Notes under the pieces: generated by a model
What the model was told of the DNA's origin: nothing
Seen by the model: the letters and a program-made list of their open reading frames with translations, nothing else
Database searches by the model: none
In this document: positions 1 through 8,311 of the stretch, in pieces
How positions within the stretch are numbered: position 1 is the first letter of the stretch
Layout: the number at the start of each line of letters is the position of its first letter
Translations under genes and position numbers: made by a program
DNA from: an uncultured Candidatus Saccharibacteria bacterium
Lineage (GTDB): Bacteria > Patescibacteriota > Doudnabacteria > UBA920
Assembly: GCA_964434195.1 (NCBI GenBank)
Contig: CAYSUI010000009.1
Span: 1-50,068, forward strand
Length of the DNA stretch: 50,068 nt
Direction: 5' to 3'

Positions 1-55
1 AGGACAGCTGGTTTTCATCCAGCAAATCGGGGTTCGATTCCCCGTATCGCTACCA
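1..55 (+). tRNA. tRNA-Glu(UUC), 3' portion only (5' part lies upstream of window), CCA encoded
   Basis: Anticodon stem gctgg/ccagc with loop ttTTCat; T arm cgggg-ttcgatt-ccccg; acceptor 3' strand tatcgct, discriminator a, cca ending at 55. Confidence 0.85.
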
Positions 56-90
56 AACAAAAGAACACCTACAAAGGTGTTCTTTTGTTG
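56..90 (+). terminator. Intrinsic terminator after tRNA-Glu; stem sequence is shared with the R-repeat terminators
   Basis: aacaaaagaacacct-acaa-aggtgttcttttgtt, about 15-bp stem flanked by A and T tracts. Confidence 0.8.
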
Positions 91-244
91 ATTACTAAGT
101 CCCCCATACGAAGTTAGCCTTCGTTTAAACTCATCTTTAAATCAATCATAATAGCGTTAGGAATAATTGATTGGAAGCCTTGAGGTTTTCTCCATCGACA
201 ATATAAGTTAGAATATCCATGAATATTAGCTATACACATTTATA

Positions 245-1075
245 ATGATAAAATCTGAATCACTTGAAATACAGTATAGAATTGAGGGGTTAAATCTTGC
301 ACTTAATCATATTGAACACCGTGGTCGGACTGAGCGACGTCCAGTACCGTATTTACACAAGGATGATTTTAACTTTAGCAATTTTCTTCCAGACATTAAT
401 CACACCATAAACAAACAAGAAAAAACAAGTAAATTAAAACTGGGTATTGTCGTAGGAACTGGTTCCATACTTTCCATAGCGCCGCATATAAACGTGGATG
501 CATGGCTAGTTCTTGATAATAATGAGTTCGTAATTGAATGGCTACGCTTAACTAGCAACATAGCTAAAGATGCCTCAAGTATTTCGCAATATAGGAATGA
601 CGTATTTTCAAGTACTCTTGCAGAAGAGGCGCGGAACTCAAGAATTAAACCGGAAGAATCTCTTGAATGGGAAATGAGGGCTTTGGGAGAAAGTCATTTT
701 CTTGCCTCAGATGAAAATTACCGAGCAACCTGTGAGGTAATAAACGGAGTACCTATCCTCTATTCCTTAGGGGACCTGTCCGACTCTCAATACACTCAGG
801 AATTATCTGAGGCAATAGAGCACAACGGGGCGGAAATTCATTACGCTAACCTAACCGATATATACGAGTTTAACGAAAAATCTTTGGGAGCCATTTCTAA
901 ACTACCATTCATTAAGGACGTGGCTATTTCGTGGGCTACCAGAGCCTACTCACTGCAAAATCTGGAAAACCATCCTTACAGTCAATTCACAACAGGAATT
1001 TATAATTACAGTGAACAAGCGGCGCAGGCTAACAATTTATTTCGCCTGCAATGGAACAACAGATTCGGACGTTAA
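245..1075 (+). CDS. Hypothetical protein (276 aa), no recognisable motif
   Basis: Long ORF, TAA stop, followed directly by repeat R1 and its terminator. Confidence 0.6.
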   Translation: MIKSESLEIQYRIEGLNLALNHIEHRGRTERRPVPYLHKDDFNFSNFLPDINHTINKQEKTSKLKLGIVVGTGSILSIAPHINVDAWLVLDNNEFVIEWLRLTSNIAKDASSISQYRNDVFSSTLAEEARNSRIKPEESLEWEMRALGESHFLASDENYRATCEVINGVPILYSLGDLSDSQYTQELSEAIEHNGAEIHYANLTDIYEFNEKSLGAISKLPFIKDVAISWATRAYSLQNLENHPYSQFTTGIYNYSEQAAQANNLFRLQWNNRFGR

Positions 1076-1080
1076 GAAAT

Positions 1081-1178
1081 AATAAATCTCGCTTATCAAA
1101 GCCAAAAAAGTTTTCCACCTGTCTCGACTTAGTCTACCAAACAAAAGACACCAGAATTCTGGTGTCTTTTGTTTGGTA
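1081..1178 (+). repeat. R-family repeat copy R1 (conserved ~45-nt core plus palindromic terminator)
   Basis: ataaatctcgcttatcaaagccaaaaaagttttccacctgtctcgacttagtctacc, then a perfect 46-nt palindrome at 1133-1178 (ctaccaaacaaaagacaccaga/tctggtgtcttttgtttggtag). Confidence 0.85.
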
Positions 1179-1186
1179 GCATTAAT

Positions 1187-1208
1187 TAAAGGGTCATGCC
1201 CCCTTTAC
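1187..1208 (+). repeat. T-family hairpin copy (aaagggtcatgccccctt)
   Basis: Near-identical to hairpins at 38307, 39486, 40616 and 41421. Confidence 0.6.
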
Positions 1209-1314
1209 CTTTCCATTATTTATGACAAAATTTTATAAGCTTAGACCCTGTTCAGACTCAAGCAAAACAAAAAACACCTCTGCAATGAAGGTGTTTGTTG
1301 TTTTATAAACTGTA

Positions 1315-2358
1315 TTAGTACGGTCGAATCTTATCTAGAGTCCTGTAACTTAATACAGCTATTTCTGACTTTGATAAATCAGCGTTGTTTGATTGGACAA
1401 TATTGTCTAAGAAATAGCCCCAGGAGGCAAGAATGTCAGGATTAGGTATGCCGTATAAGCCATTTGGACCGACCAAGTAAACGGTGCCTGATTTGTTTAT
1501 AAGAACACCGGTACGATGAGCTTCTGTGCTAGAAGTTATGTTAGCATCACTACCCATCCAAGAAACATCGGCGTAAAGTACATTAGTAAAGTTAAAACCT
1601 AAGTCCTTAAAAACTTTTTCTGAAGTAAAACCAGCTTTTAATCCGTTTGTTATTAAATAACAAGTTCCTTTATCGCTGCCTCTATCAGAGCAAATTATCT
1701 TACCATCTCTTGGTGGAATGAAAGAACCTTTTGCTAAAGCTTTGTCTGCTTCGCTGGCAGTTATCACATCGCTAAATTTATTGTAACTATAAGATAGAAA
1801 AGCGCCTCCTGAAGTGTAACACCATTGTTGTTCTACAAGGGAGACGAAGCAGACAGAACCATCTGGCAAAAGTATGTTTTTACCATAATGAGCATTGGTA
1901 TTTTGTGGCGGAGGGGTGGTTGTTGATGGGTTGAATATTCCGAATGTACCATCTGAAATATCTCCGTCAGCAGAACCATCTGCTTGTACATATATCCTGT
2001 AATAATCTCCAACAATAACTTTGCCATCTGCAGGAATAATCCAATTGTATTGACCACTATTAGCTATATAATCCGAAGTTATATATTGTTGTCTTTCGGC
2101 TTTATCTATTTCTTCTTGGATATAGTATGTATTAGTGTACGGCTGCTTAGCAGCATACTTCAACAACCTTATAGAGACTTTCCCTGTAAATAACCCTGGA
2201 TTCCATTTGACTTGAACTGTTTCGCCTAGACCAAAAGATTCTTGACCGTTGGGACTTATTACCCGGATATAATCTTCGGCACGCGCAAACTGTGGCAGAA
2301 GAAGTAAGTTAGAAAATAAAATTGAAATGAAAACTGCTAATAATACTTTAGGTTTCAT
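1315..2358 (-). CDS. Secreted protein with N-terminal signal peptide and Ser/Thr-rich linker
   Basis: MKPKVLLAVFISILFSNLLLLPQFARA signal-like N-terminus; TTTPPP linker; 347-aa ORF. Confidence 0.7.
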   Translation of the reverse strand: MKPKVLLAVFISILFSNLLLLPQFARAEDYIRVISPNGQESFGLGETVQVKWNPGLFTGKVSIRLLKYAAKQPYTNTYYIQEEIDKAERQQYITSDYIANSGQYNWIIPADGKVIVGDYYRIYVQADGSADGDISDGTFGIFNPSTTTPPPQNTNAHYGKNILLPDGSVCFVSLVEQQWCYTSGGAFLSYSYNKFSDVITASEADKALAKGSFIPPRDGKIICSDRGSDKGTCYLITNGLKAGFTSEKVFKDLGFNFTNVLYADVSWMGSDANITSSTEAHRTGVLINKSGTVYLVGPNGLYGIPNPDILASWGYFLDNIVQSNNADLSKSEIAVLSYRTLDKIRPY

Positions 2359-2383
2359 ATTTTGTCTGGTTTATTTGATTAAA

Positions 2384-2731
2384 TTATACAGCATATTCTT
2401 TCCCTATAACTTCTCTCACTTGTTCTTTAAATCCTGGTAAATGCTCTTTGCCTGTAATATAAACTTGGTCAATAACAATTTCCGGATAGTCATGAATTAA
2501 GACATCTCTAAAGCCAGCCGCTACTTTCCACGGTACATCTGGATATTGAGATTTTAAGTTTTCCGGTAGCCGTTTAACTGCTTCGCCAATTATTTCAAAA
2601 CGTCTAATTACTGCGTCTTGTAAATTTATATCTTTCCTGAATTCTTCTAAAGTCACTTGAGAGACATTCGTAATTATTCTATCTCAAGAATCAATAATAT
2701 CTTGTAGAACCACAATACTATTTCTCGCCAT
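2384..2731 (-). pseudogene. hepT: HepT-like HEPN (DUF86) toxin gene interrupted by an in-frame TGA at 2684-2686
   Basis: ATG at 2731 lies 2 nt after the mntA stop. It reads MARNSIVVLQDIIDS-TGA-DRIITNVSQVTLEEF... The RX4HXY HEPN motif is present (RDVLIHDY). The ORF track only shows the GTG restart at 2656. Confidence 0.75.
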
Positions 2732-2733
2732 AT

Positions 2734-3018
2734 TTAAATGATCCTTATTTTGTCTTTATCAATATCCTGTTTAAATTCTGACCTGACCGCTTCCATCTGT
2801 ACCAAATCGACTTTTCTGCCATCAAGAGCGTCTTGTAAATCCAGTTTAATTTTTACAAACTCAAAAAGTCCATTGAGATTATGAAATTTAACCAAAATAT
2901 CAACATCACTATCAGCTTGAGCTTGTCCTCTTGCAGTAGAGCCGAATACATAGGCTTCAGAGATATTGTACTGTTTAAGTATAGGCTTAGTTTTTTCTCT
3001 AATTTCTTCTATTGTCAT
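2734..3018 (-). CDS. mntA: MntA-like minimal nucleotidyltransferase antitoxin
   Basis: GSTARGQAQADSDVDILV (GSxxRG...DxD NTase motif); 94 aa; immediately upstream of the DUF86 gene. Confidence 0.85.
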   Translation of the reverse strand: MTIEEIREKTKPILKQYNISEAYVFGSTARGQAQADSDVDILVKFHNLNGLFEFVKIKLDLQDALDGRKVDLVQMEAVRSEFKQDIDKDKIRII

Positions 3019-3157
3019 ATTCGTAAATATTTAAAAATATCAGTAGATTCCTTTTCATTATCCCAGTTTTCCTGCATTCCTGCAATTATTGAAGCTTTAC
3101 AGAAGATTGAACTATCGTTTAGATAAAAGCTAAAGATTCAGTTCGTGTAAAGAATAT

Positions 3158-3252
3158 ATAAATCTCCCTTACTAAAGCCAAGAAAGTTTTCCACCTGTCT
3201 CGACTTGGTCTACCAAACAAAAGAACACCTAGCTAGGTGTTCTTTTGTTTGG
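3158..3252 (+). repeat. R-family repeat copy R2
   Basis: Same core as R1. It ends in a perfect 40-nt palindrome at 3213-3252 whose arms equal the tRNA-Glu terminator at 56-90, apart from the loop. Confidence 0.85.
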
Positions 3253-3351
3253 AATTTGAGATGAGCCTTTGTACTCTATGAGATTGAAAATAAAGTAAAT
3301 GTTAACAAACTGATTAAAATAAAAAAACCTAGTCTCGTTTTGACTAAGTCT

Positions 3352-3747
3352 TCAAGTAATAACCCCCATTGGTTCCCAGTTCATTAGAACATGCTGCATC
3401 CCCGGGAATAGACTACCCTTATCGAATTCAGCTTCTAACGATTTTACGTCAGATAAACCTGATACGGATGAACCACTAACTATAAGGGTTCTGGTATGAG
3501 GTCCTGCCGAATCGGCCTCAGGGTATGAGAACCATAAATAATAAGCTCGTTGGGAATGATCCTGATCCTCAAGTAACTTTATGATGTGTATCCGAAAGTC
3601 CTCCGGATTCCCTAACTCCAAACTTCTAATTGTTTCCGATTCGATGGTTCGCCAAAGATCAGGAAGATCAACCTTGACAATAATGTTTTTAGCACTAAAA
3701 TAACCGCTCATTTCCCTGTACGTGCACGAGACAAAGTACTGTGGCAT
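3352..3747 (-). CDS. Hypothetical protein (131 aa)
   Basis: ORF with AAGGAG about 8 nt upstream of the ATG on the minus strand. Confidence 0.6.
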   Translation of the reverse strand: MPQYFVSCTYREMSGYFSAKNIIVKVDLPDLWRTIESETIRSLELGNPEDFRIHIIKLLEDQDHSQRAYYLWFSYPEADSAGPHTRTLIVSGSSVSGLSDVKSLEAEFDKGSLFPGMQHVLMNWEPMGVIT

Positions 3748-3872
3748 CGATGTATCTCCTTGGTGATTTCTATGAAAGATTTAAAAAGAAATATACACGA
3801 AATCGGATCTTTTAACAAGAGTCAGGAACTAGGAAAGCTTTTATGATAAAAATCAATTTCCGATAAACCGAC

Positions 3873-3967
3873 ATAAATCTCCCTTGCTAAAGCCAAAAAA
3901 GTTTTCCACCTGTTCCGAGATGGTGTACCAACAATAACATCGGCATAATTGCCGGTGTTTTTGTTTT
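3873..3967 (+). repeat. R-family repeat copy R3
   Basis: ataaatctcccttgctaaagccaaaaaagttttccacctgttccgagatggtgtacc plus hairpin catcggc-ataatt-gccggtg and a T run. Confidence 0.8.
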
Positions 3968-4011
3968 AAATAAGGTTTGTAATTAGTTTTCCATAGGATT
4001 ATACTTAGTCT

Positions 4012-4248
4012 ATGAATACTGATTTTAAAGAATTATTTGAATATTTTGACCAGCAGTTTGGTGAGCTGAAGGAGCGCATGGGGAATCTTGAAAGTGGCTT
4101 TAGAACTCTTCAGGTTTCAGTCGATAACTATGCAATGAAAGCCGATAACTATTACAAAGAAATGGCAGTGCTTATGCACAGGGTTGAACGCTTGGAAAAT
4201 ATTGTAAAAGAGTTAGCAGAAAAGAATGGTGTTAAGGTAACTTTTTAA
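4012..4248 (+). CDS. Small coiled-coil protein (78 aa), paralogue of 38032..38271
   Basis: Heptad-like sequence. Shares the N-terminal TDF, central SVD and EM, and C-terminal GV blocks with the 79-aa ORF at 38032. Confidence 0.65.
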   Translation: MNTDFKELFEYFDQQFGELKERMGNLESGFRTLQVSVDNYAMKADNYYKEMAVLMHRVERLENIVKELAEKNGVKVTF

Positions 4249-4262
4249 CTTAAAAACAAACA

Positions 4263-4694
4263 ATGGATACTTCAAATTTATCGGAAGAGCAATTAAAATT
4301 TTTGGATTCAAAATCTATAGGAGCTCTTATTCTAGGACCTAATCGTTTTTTTAGCTTAAATAATTTAAGTAAGGAATTTTATAAATCTTTCATACCTGTT
4401 TATTCTATGTTTCGAATGTGGCCACTAGCAATTTCTAATGGAAAACGGATTGCTTGGGAAAAAGGCAATTTTTCCAGCTTCCAAAATTTTCAGAGAAAAC
4501 AGAAACTTATTGATTATGGAGCGTATTTTTATTTGCTGGGTGGGTTTATCGGATTGATATGGGCTTTTATTTCTCTTGCTAGTAAGGTTGTAGGTTTTGA
4601 AATGGGAATTTTATCTTCATTCCTCCTTGGTTGCGTGGGTATATCTGTAATTATTGCTTTCATTATTCACTTTCAAGCACTAGCAAAGAAGTAG
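4263..4694 (+). CDS. Membrane protein (143 aa)
   Basis: C-terminal hydrophobic helices (YFYLLGGFIGLIWAFISL, ILSSFLLGCVGISVIIAFIIHF); 14 nt after the preceding gene. Confidence 0.6.
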   Translation: MDTSNLSEEQLKFLDSKSIGALILGPNRFFSLNNLSKEFYKSFIPVYSMFRMWPLAISNGKRIAWEKGNFSSFQNFQRKQKLIDYGAYFYLLGGFIGLIWAFISLASKVVGFEMGILSSFLLGCVGISVIIAFIIHFQALAKK

Positions 4695-4704
4695 ACAAAC
4701 TTTT

Positions 4705-4799
4705 ATAAATCTCCTTTATTAAAGCCAAGAAAGTTTTCCACCTGTTCCGAGATGGTCTACCAAAACAAAAGACACCGAGTATTCGGTGTCTTTTGTTTG
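4705..4799 (+). repeat. R-family repeat copy R4
   Basis: ataaatctcctttattaaagccaagaaagttttccacctgttccgagatggtctacc plus an approximately 16-bp hairpin aaacaaaagacaccga/tcggtgtcttttgttt. Confidence 0.85.
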
Positions 4800-4800
4800 C

Positions 4801-5648
4801 TTAGCTTTCTAGCTTGATACTTTTTTCAACCAATTTATATAACTCCTCATAACCATGAAGAAAAAAATCTGCTCCTGGGATACCGGCCTTTAATTTACCC
4901 TTATCAATATTACCTGTACTCCAATCGAAACAATCAATTAATATCTTCTCGTTTTCTTCAAATTTTGCTAAATACTCTGACTTTTGCATTTCATCCAGAC
5001 CAGCAATATCTACTACCCTCGATCCTCCTTCATAAATAAGCGAATCAACATCGTATCCTTTCGGTAATAAACCAACGCCTCCTAATGACATAAAAAACGA
5101 ATGGGGTTGGCTTGCAAAAAATTCGGGATCAAATTTGGCATTCCCGTATCTATCAATAACATAAGCACATAAGGCAACGGCTGTTCTACCATTTGCGTCA
5201 CGAAATATGTGATTAAGTCCACTCAAAAATAAAATCGCAGTACCTATTTTTTTTGAAACTTCTAATTTGTCAGTTTGTTTATCTATATTCTGCCTAAAAA
5301 TCTCAAAACCTTCATCAATTTTTTTAGTAAGTCATAATTTTTTGGTAAAGTTAATGATCGTAACTCGACCCCCTGGGCTTGATATATATTGTTTCTGCCT
5401 ACGATTGGAAAATCGGGCCCCGAATAATATGTATCAACAAATACATCACCTTCTATATGCTTTCCCCTTTGACCACTCTCCCCTATTTTATAATTACCTT
5501 CTTTAATGCTTCTATTAAAAATTTGAGCGATCCTACTTATTGGATATTCTTCTAATCTTTCCTTTTCGGCGGCTTGAAGAACCAAATCCCATTTGAAGGT
5601 TGATAGTGAACTATCGAGGTTTTCTGAGTAATGTTTTCTTTCAGTCAT
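4801..5648 (-). CDS. Fic/DOC family protein split into two frames at an A7 run (frameshift, slippage or pseudogene)
   Basis: The C-terminal frame has the Fic motif HIFRDANGR. The N-terminal ORF 5283..5648 has a GAGGAG SD. The two frames overlap only between 5283 and 5334, which contains cta-aaa-aaa-ttg. Confidence 0.75.
5319..5325 (-). promoter_or_regulatory. A AAA AAA heptamer, a possible -1 slippery site or homopolymer error inside the Fic gene
   Basis: Seven A on the coding strand. A -1 shift here joins ...NYDLLKK to IDEGFEIFRQN...HIFRDANGR. Confidence 0.4.
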
Positions 5649-5749
5649 ATAAATATATAAATCTCCTCTATATTAGCATTTATTTGGAACGGACCGCATC
5701 TAGATGATTTTAAATTTGACTCAGGAAACCCTAGTACTAAACTAATATT

Positions 5750-6283
5750 ATGAATTTGAATTTTATGAACTTTTTGTATATTTCGTTTTTTTTAATATCT
5801 GGTTATTTTTTCTTAATTTTTGTAGTACTAAGAATTTTGGTTCCATTTATGGGATTTTCTAGACTTAAATTACCAAAGGAGATACCGAATGCTATTAGAG
5901 AGAAAATTGAAGAACTAGAGACAAAGAGCGGCAACTCATACGAATATTTAAGAGAAGCTTATACCTATATTACTTCGAACTGGCATGCGGGTAGATTTAC
6001 TACAGTTTTATATGCTCATTTGGCTTTTAGAAAAAATTTAGAAAAAATAAATTCTACCCCCGGTTTTGCGCAGTGTAATACTCAGAACTATTTACTATTT
6101 GTTTTACTTGCGGGGAGTAAATATTTTAAAGAGTCGGACATTCGTGTCAGAACGGTATTTTTTAACATGTTTATACATCAGTATCTCGAGGTTCGGGTTG
6201 AGGACAAAACTCTAAACGTAGACCCAGCGGGGGCTAGTATAAGGGGTATGCCGCTCGGAAAATATATCTCATTCTTTGGTTAA
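5750..6283 (+). CDS. Membrane-anchored protein, possibly a transglutaminase-like cysteine peptidase fold
   Basis: N-terminal TM helix; a Cys...His...Asp-like spacing (GFAQCNTQNY ... IHQYLEV ... NVDP). Weak motif-level call. Confidence 0.4.
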   Translation: MNLNFMNFLYISFFLISGYFFLIFVVLRILVPFMGFSRLKLPKEIPNAIREKIEELETKSGNSYEYLREAYTYITSNWHAGRFTTVLYAHLAFRKNLEKINSTPGFAQCNTQNYLLFVLLAGSKYFKESDIRVRTVFFNMFIHQYLEVRVEDKTLNVDPAGASIRGMPLGKYISFFG

Positions 6284-6354
6284 ATATTAAACACGGGACT
6301 CACCGGTGTCTTTTGTTGTTACATAGGAATATACTTAGGGAAAGGAATATTTTT

Positions 6355-7221
6355 ATGTATGAGTTCTTGGAAAAAAATGAATATGGAAAAGTAGCGAAGG
6401 TAATATTGGAATTTTATGTTCCTTTAGCTTTGTCTCTCCCCTCTCTTAGGGCAAATGCTGCTTTAATGGATTCGAGGATTAAGGGCACAAACCAAACGGG
6501 CGCAGTAGATTATGTTACTAACGCAGATTTATATGTACAGAATGAAATAAAAAAATTTGTAAGGACCAAACATCCAGATTGGCAGTTTTGGGGAGAAGAA
6601 GGAAGAGACAATACCAAGAGACTTGAAGTCGCTAAGAAGTTTTTGTTTATTACTGATCCTATAGAAGGAACAAATAACTTTATAGCGGGCAAGGATGAAG
6701 CTTGGGGTTCAGTAGTTGCGCTTGTAGAAATAGAACATAACGAGCCTATTTTTGGAGTAGTCGCACATCCGGTAAAGAATATTTTTTATGTGGGACTTAA
6801 AGGTGGCGGTGCGTGGGAAATAAAATATGCAGATAATGGAAAGATTCTTTCCCTTTTAGAATTAACCAAAGAGCCTGAATTTCAAACTTTTACTTACAAT
6901 AATAGTCCGCATTTTGAGGTAAGCAAAACCAAGATGGTAGAAAAATTTTTAGAAGTATTAAAAAGTAAAAATGAAAAAGATAATTTTATTGACCCTGAAA
7001 GTGGAGCGCTTGAAGCGGTAAGATATAGAGGAACAATATATTTTAAAACCAGTAATGAAATGGCGGCGGTGTTTGTAATACTCGGAGAAATTGGAGGGAA
7101 AGTTACGGACTTCGATGGCAATAAATGGTCGCTTGGTATAAATACAATGGTTTCGGCTAGGAATAGTAAGGACTATGAATATTTACTTAATCTAGTGAGG
7201 CTGACCAGAGAAAATAAATAA
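6355..7221 (+). CDS. Inositol monophosphatase family protein
   Basis: WGEEG and FITDPIEGTNNF (DPIDGT motif). ATG 6355 is preferred over TTG 6313 (AAAGGA upstream). Confidence 0.8.
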   Translation: MYEFLEKNEYGKVAKVILEFYVPLALSLPSLRANAALMDSRIKGTNQTGAVDYVTNADLYVQNEIKKFVRTKHPDWQFWGEEGRDNTKRLEVAKKFLFITDPIEGTNNFIAGKDEAWGSVVALVEIEHNEPIFGVVAHPVKNIFYVGLKGGGAWEIKYADNGKILSLLELTKEPEFQTFTYNNSPHFEVSKTKMVEKFLEVLKSKNEKDNFIDPESGALEAVRYRGTIYFKTSNEMAAVFVILGEIGGKVTDFDGNKWSLGINTMVSARNSKDYEYLLNLVRLTRENK

Positions 7222-7259
7222 CCCACAGACTACTTTTCAGTTAGTTGTGGGTTGGAAAA

Positions 7260-7775
7260 TTAGGGGGCCATTCGAAGATCGGCGACACTGTTTGGACTTG
7301 CGAGCACGCAATCTTGATTGCCTCTTGTGCCTTTGAGCCATATTCTGGCACCTTCCACGATTTGCAATGGGGAGATACTCTTCCCTACAAACCAGTTAAG
7401 GGGAACGACCAGACTTACGCAACTTTCCTGGAAGCCGAAATCAATCTTGTCAGCGTATCTGGCGACACGATTGATTGTGAGCGCGCGATACATGGGGCCA
7501 AATGGGAATTGTGACTGGAGATGTGCAGCTATCTGCCCGAAAATACCTTTGCCGAAAGTGTTTTTGTATTCCCCTGTTCTTGCGGGCGCGTGAATGGGTT
7601 TGCATGACCAACTTCTCTGGTCGGCGCTGAAAGTTACAAACCCCACTTCCACGGAACCCTCCTTGAGACGGGCGATGAGTGTCCCGGTTATATCCCCACT
7701 CAACTCTCCCAACCTCAAATTTGTGACATCTGCTGAAAATTGTGGAATTTCGAAAGCTCCATCTATTCGTTTCAT
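7260..7775 (-). CDS. Hypothetical protein in a G+C-elevated patch (possible GNAT-like fold, weak)
   Basis: Longest of five overlapping ORFs at 7245-7791; NTFGKGIFGQIAAHL loosely resembles acetyl-CoA binding motif A. Confidence 0.45.
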   Translation of the reverse strand: MKRIDGAFEIPQFSADVTNLRLGELSGDITGTLIARLKEGSVEVGFVTFSADQRSWSCKPIHAPARTGEYKNTFGKGIFGQIAAHLQSQFPFGPMYRALTINRVARYADKIDFGFQESCVSLVVPLNWFVGKSISPLQIVEGARIWLKGTRGNQDCVLASPNSVADLRMAP

Positions 7776-7925
7776 TACTTAAATCCTCCAAAAGATAGTG
7801 GTAAAATAATTATATATTATACTATTAATTCTTGTTTATGTCAAATGACTACCTTGGCTTTTGTTAGGTCTCTATTTTTTGACTGATGGGAGTATACTTA
7901 AAGTGAAAGAAATTAATTTTATTTT

Positions 7926-8090
7926 ATGGAAAAAATTAAGATAGAACAGCATAGCTTATCTGGGGGAATGTGGTTTATGGGATGGTTGTTTACCATCGGT
8001 TTTTTACAGTTACCTTTCTCTAAAGGTGTGCTGGCTATAGTCATTTGGCCTTACTACATTGGTGCCAGCTTACACACGATACTCCCATAG
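7926..8090 (+). CDS. Small membrane protein (54 aa), below the ORF-track cutoff
   Basis: MEKIKIEQHSLSGGMWFMGWLFTIGFLQLPFSKGVLAIVIWPYYIGASLHTILP, two hydrophobic segments; weak SD. Confidence 0.35.
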   Translation: MEKIKIEQHSLSGGMWFMGWLFTIGFLQLPFSKGVLAIVIWPYYIGASLHTILP

Positions 8091-8311
8091 CGAACTAGCT
8101 TCCTGGGTCTAATAGATACATAACAACTAGGTGCGGAAATGTTTGTTAGCGATCTTTTATTTTGAAATTTCCGTTACTAGGGTTTAACTTTTACCAAGGT
8201 TTTCCTATTCTGTTTATTAATAAACAGAAAATTTTAGTTATCTAATTTTCTTCTATAACTTTATAATATTTTTTACGTGACCATACCTTAGGCACTTGCT
8301 ATACTTATATA

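Noticed and set aside
2684-2686. Alternative genetic code (UGA as a sense codon, as in some CPR lineages) to explain the in-frame TGA in hepT
   Set aside because: Long conserved genes (atpA, atpD, RND permease of 1130 aa, P-type ATPase) are uninterrupted under the standard code. TGA also terminates ORFs at 33805-33807 and 40435-40437 at sensible protein ends.
7245-7791. Four additional ORFs overlapping 7260..7775 (7245..7514, 7318..7593, 7450..7791, 7594..7782)
   Set aside because: These are frame shadows caused by locally high G+C. Only the longest, with a plausible start and context, is retained.
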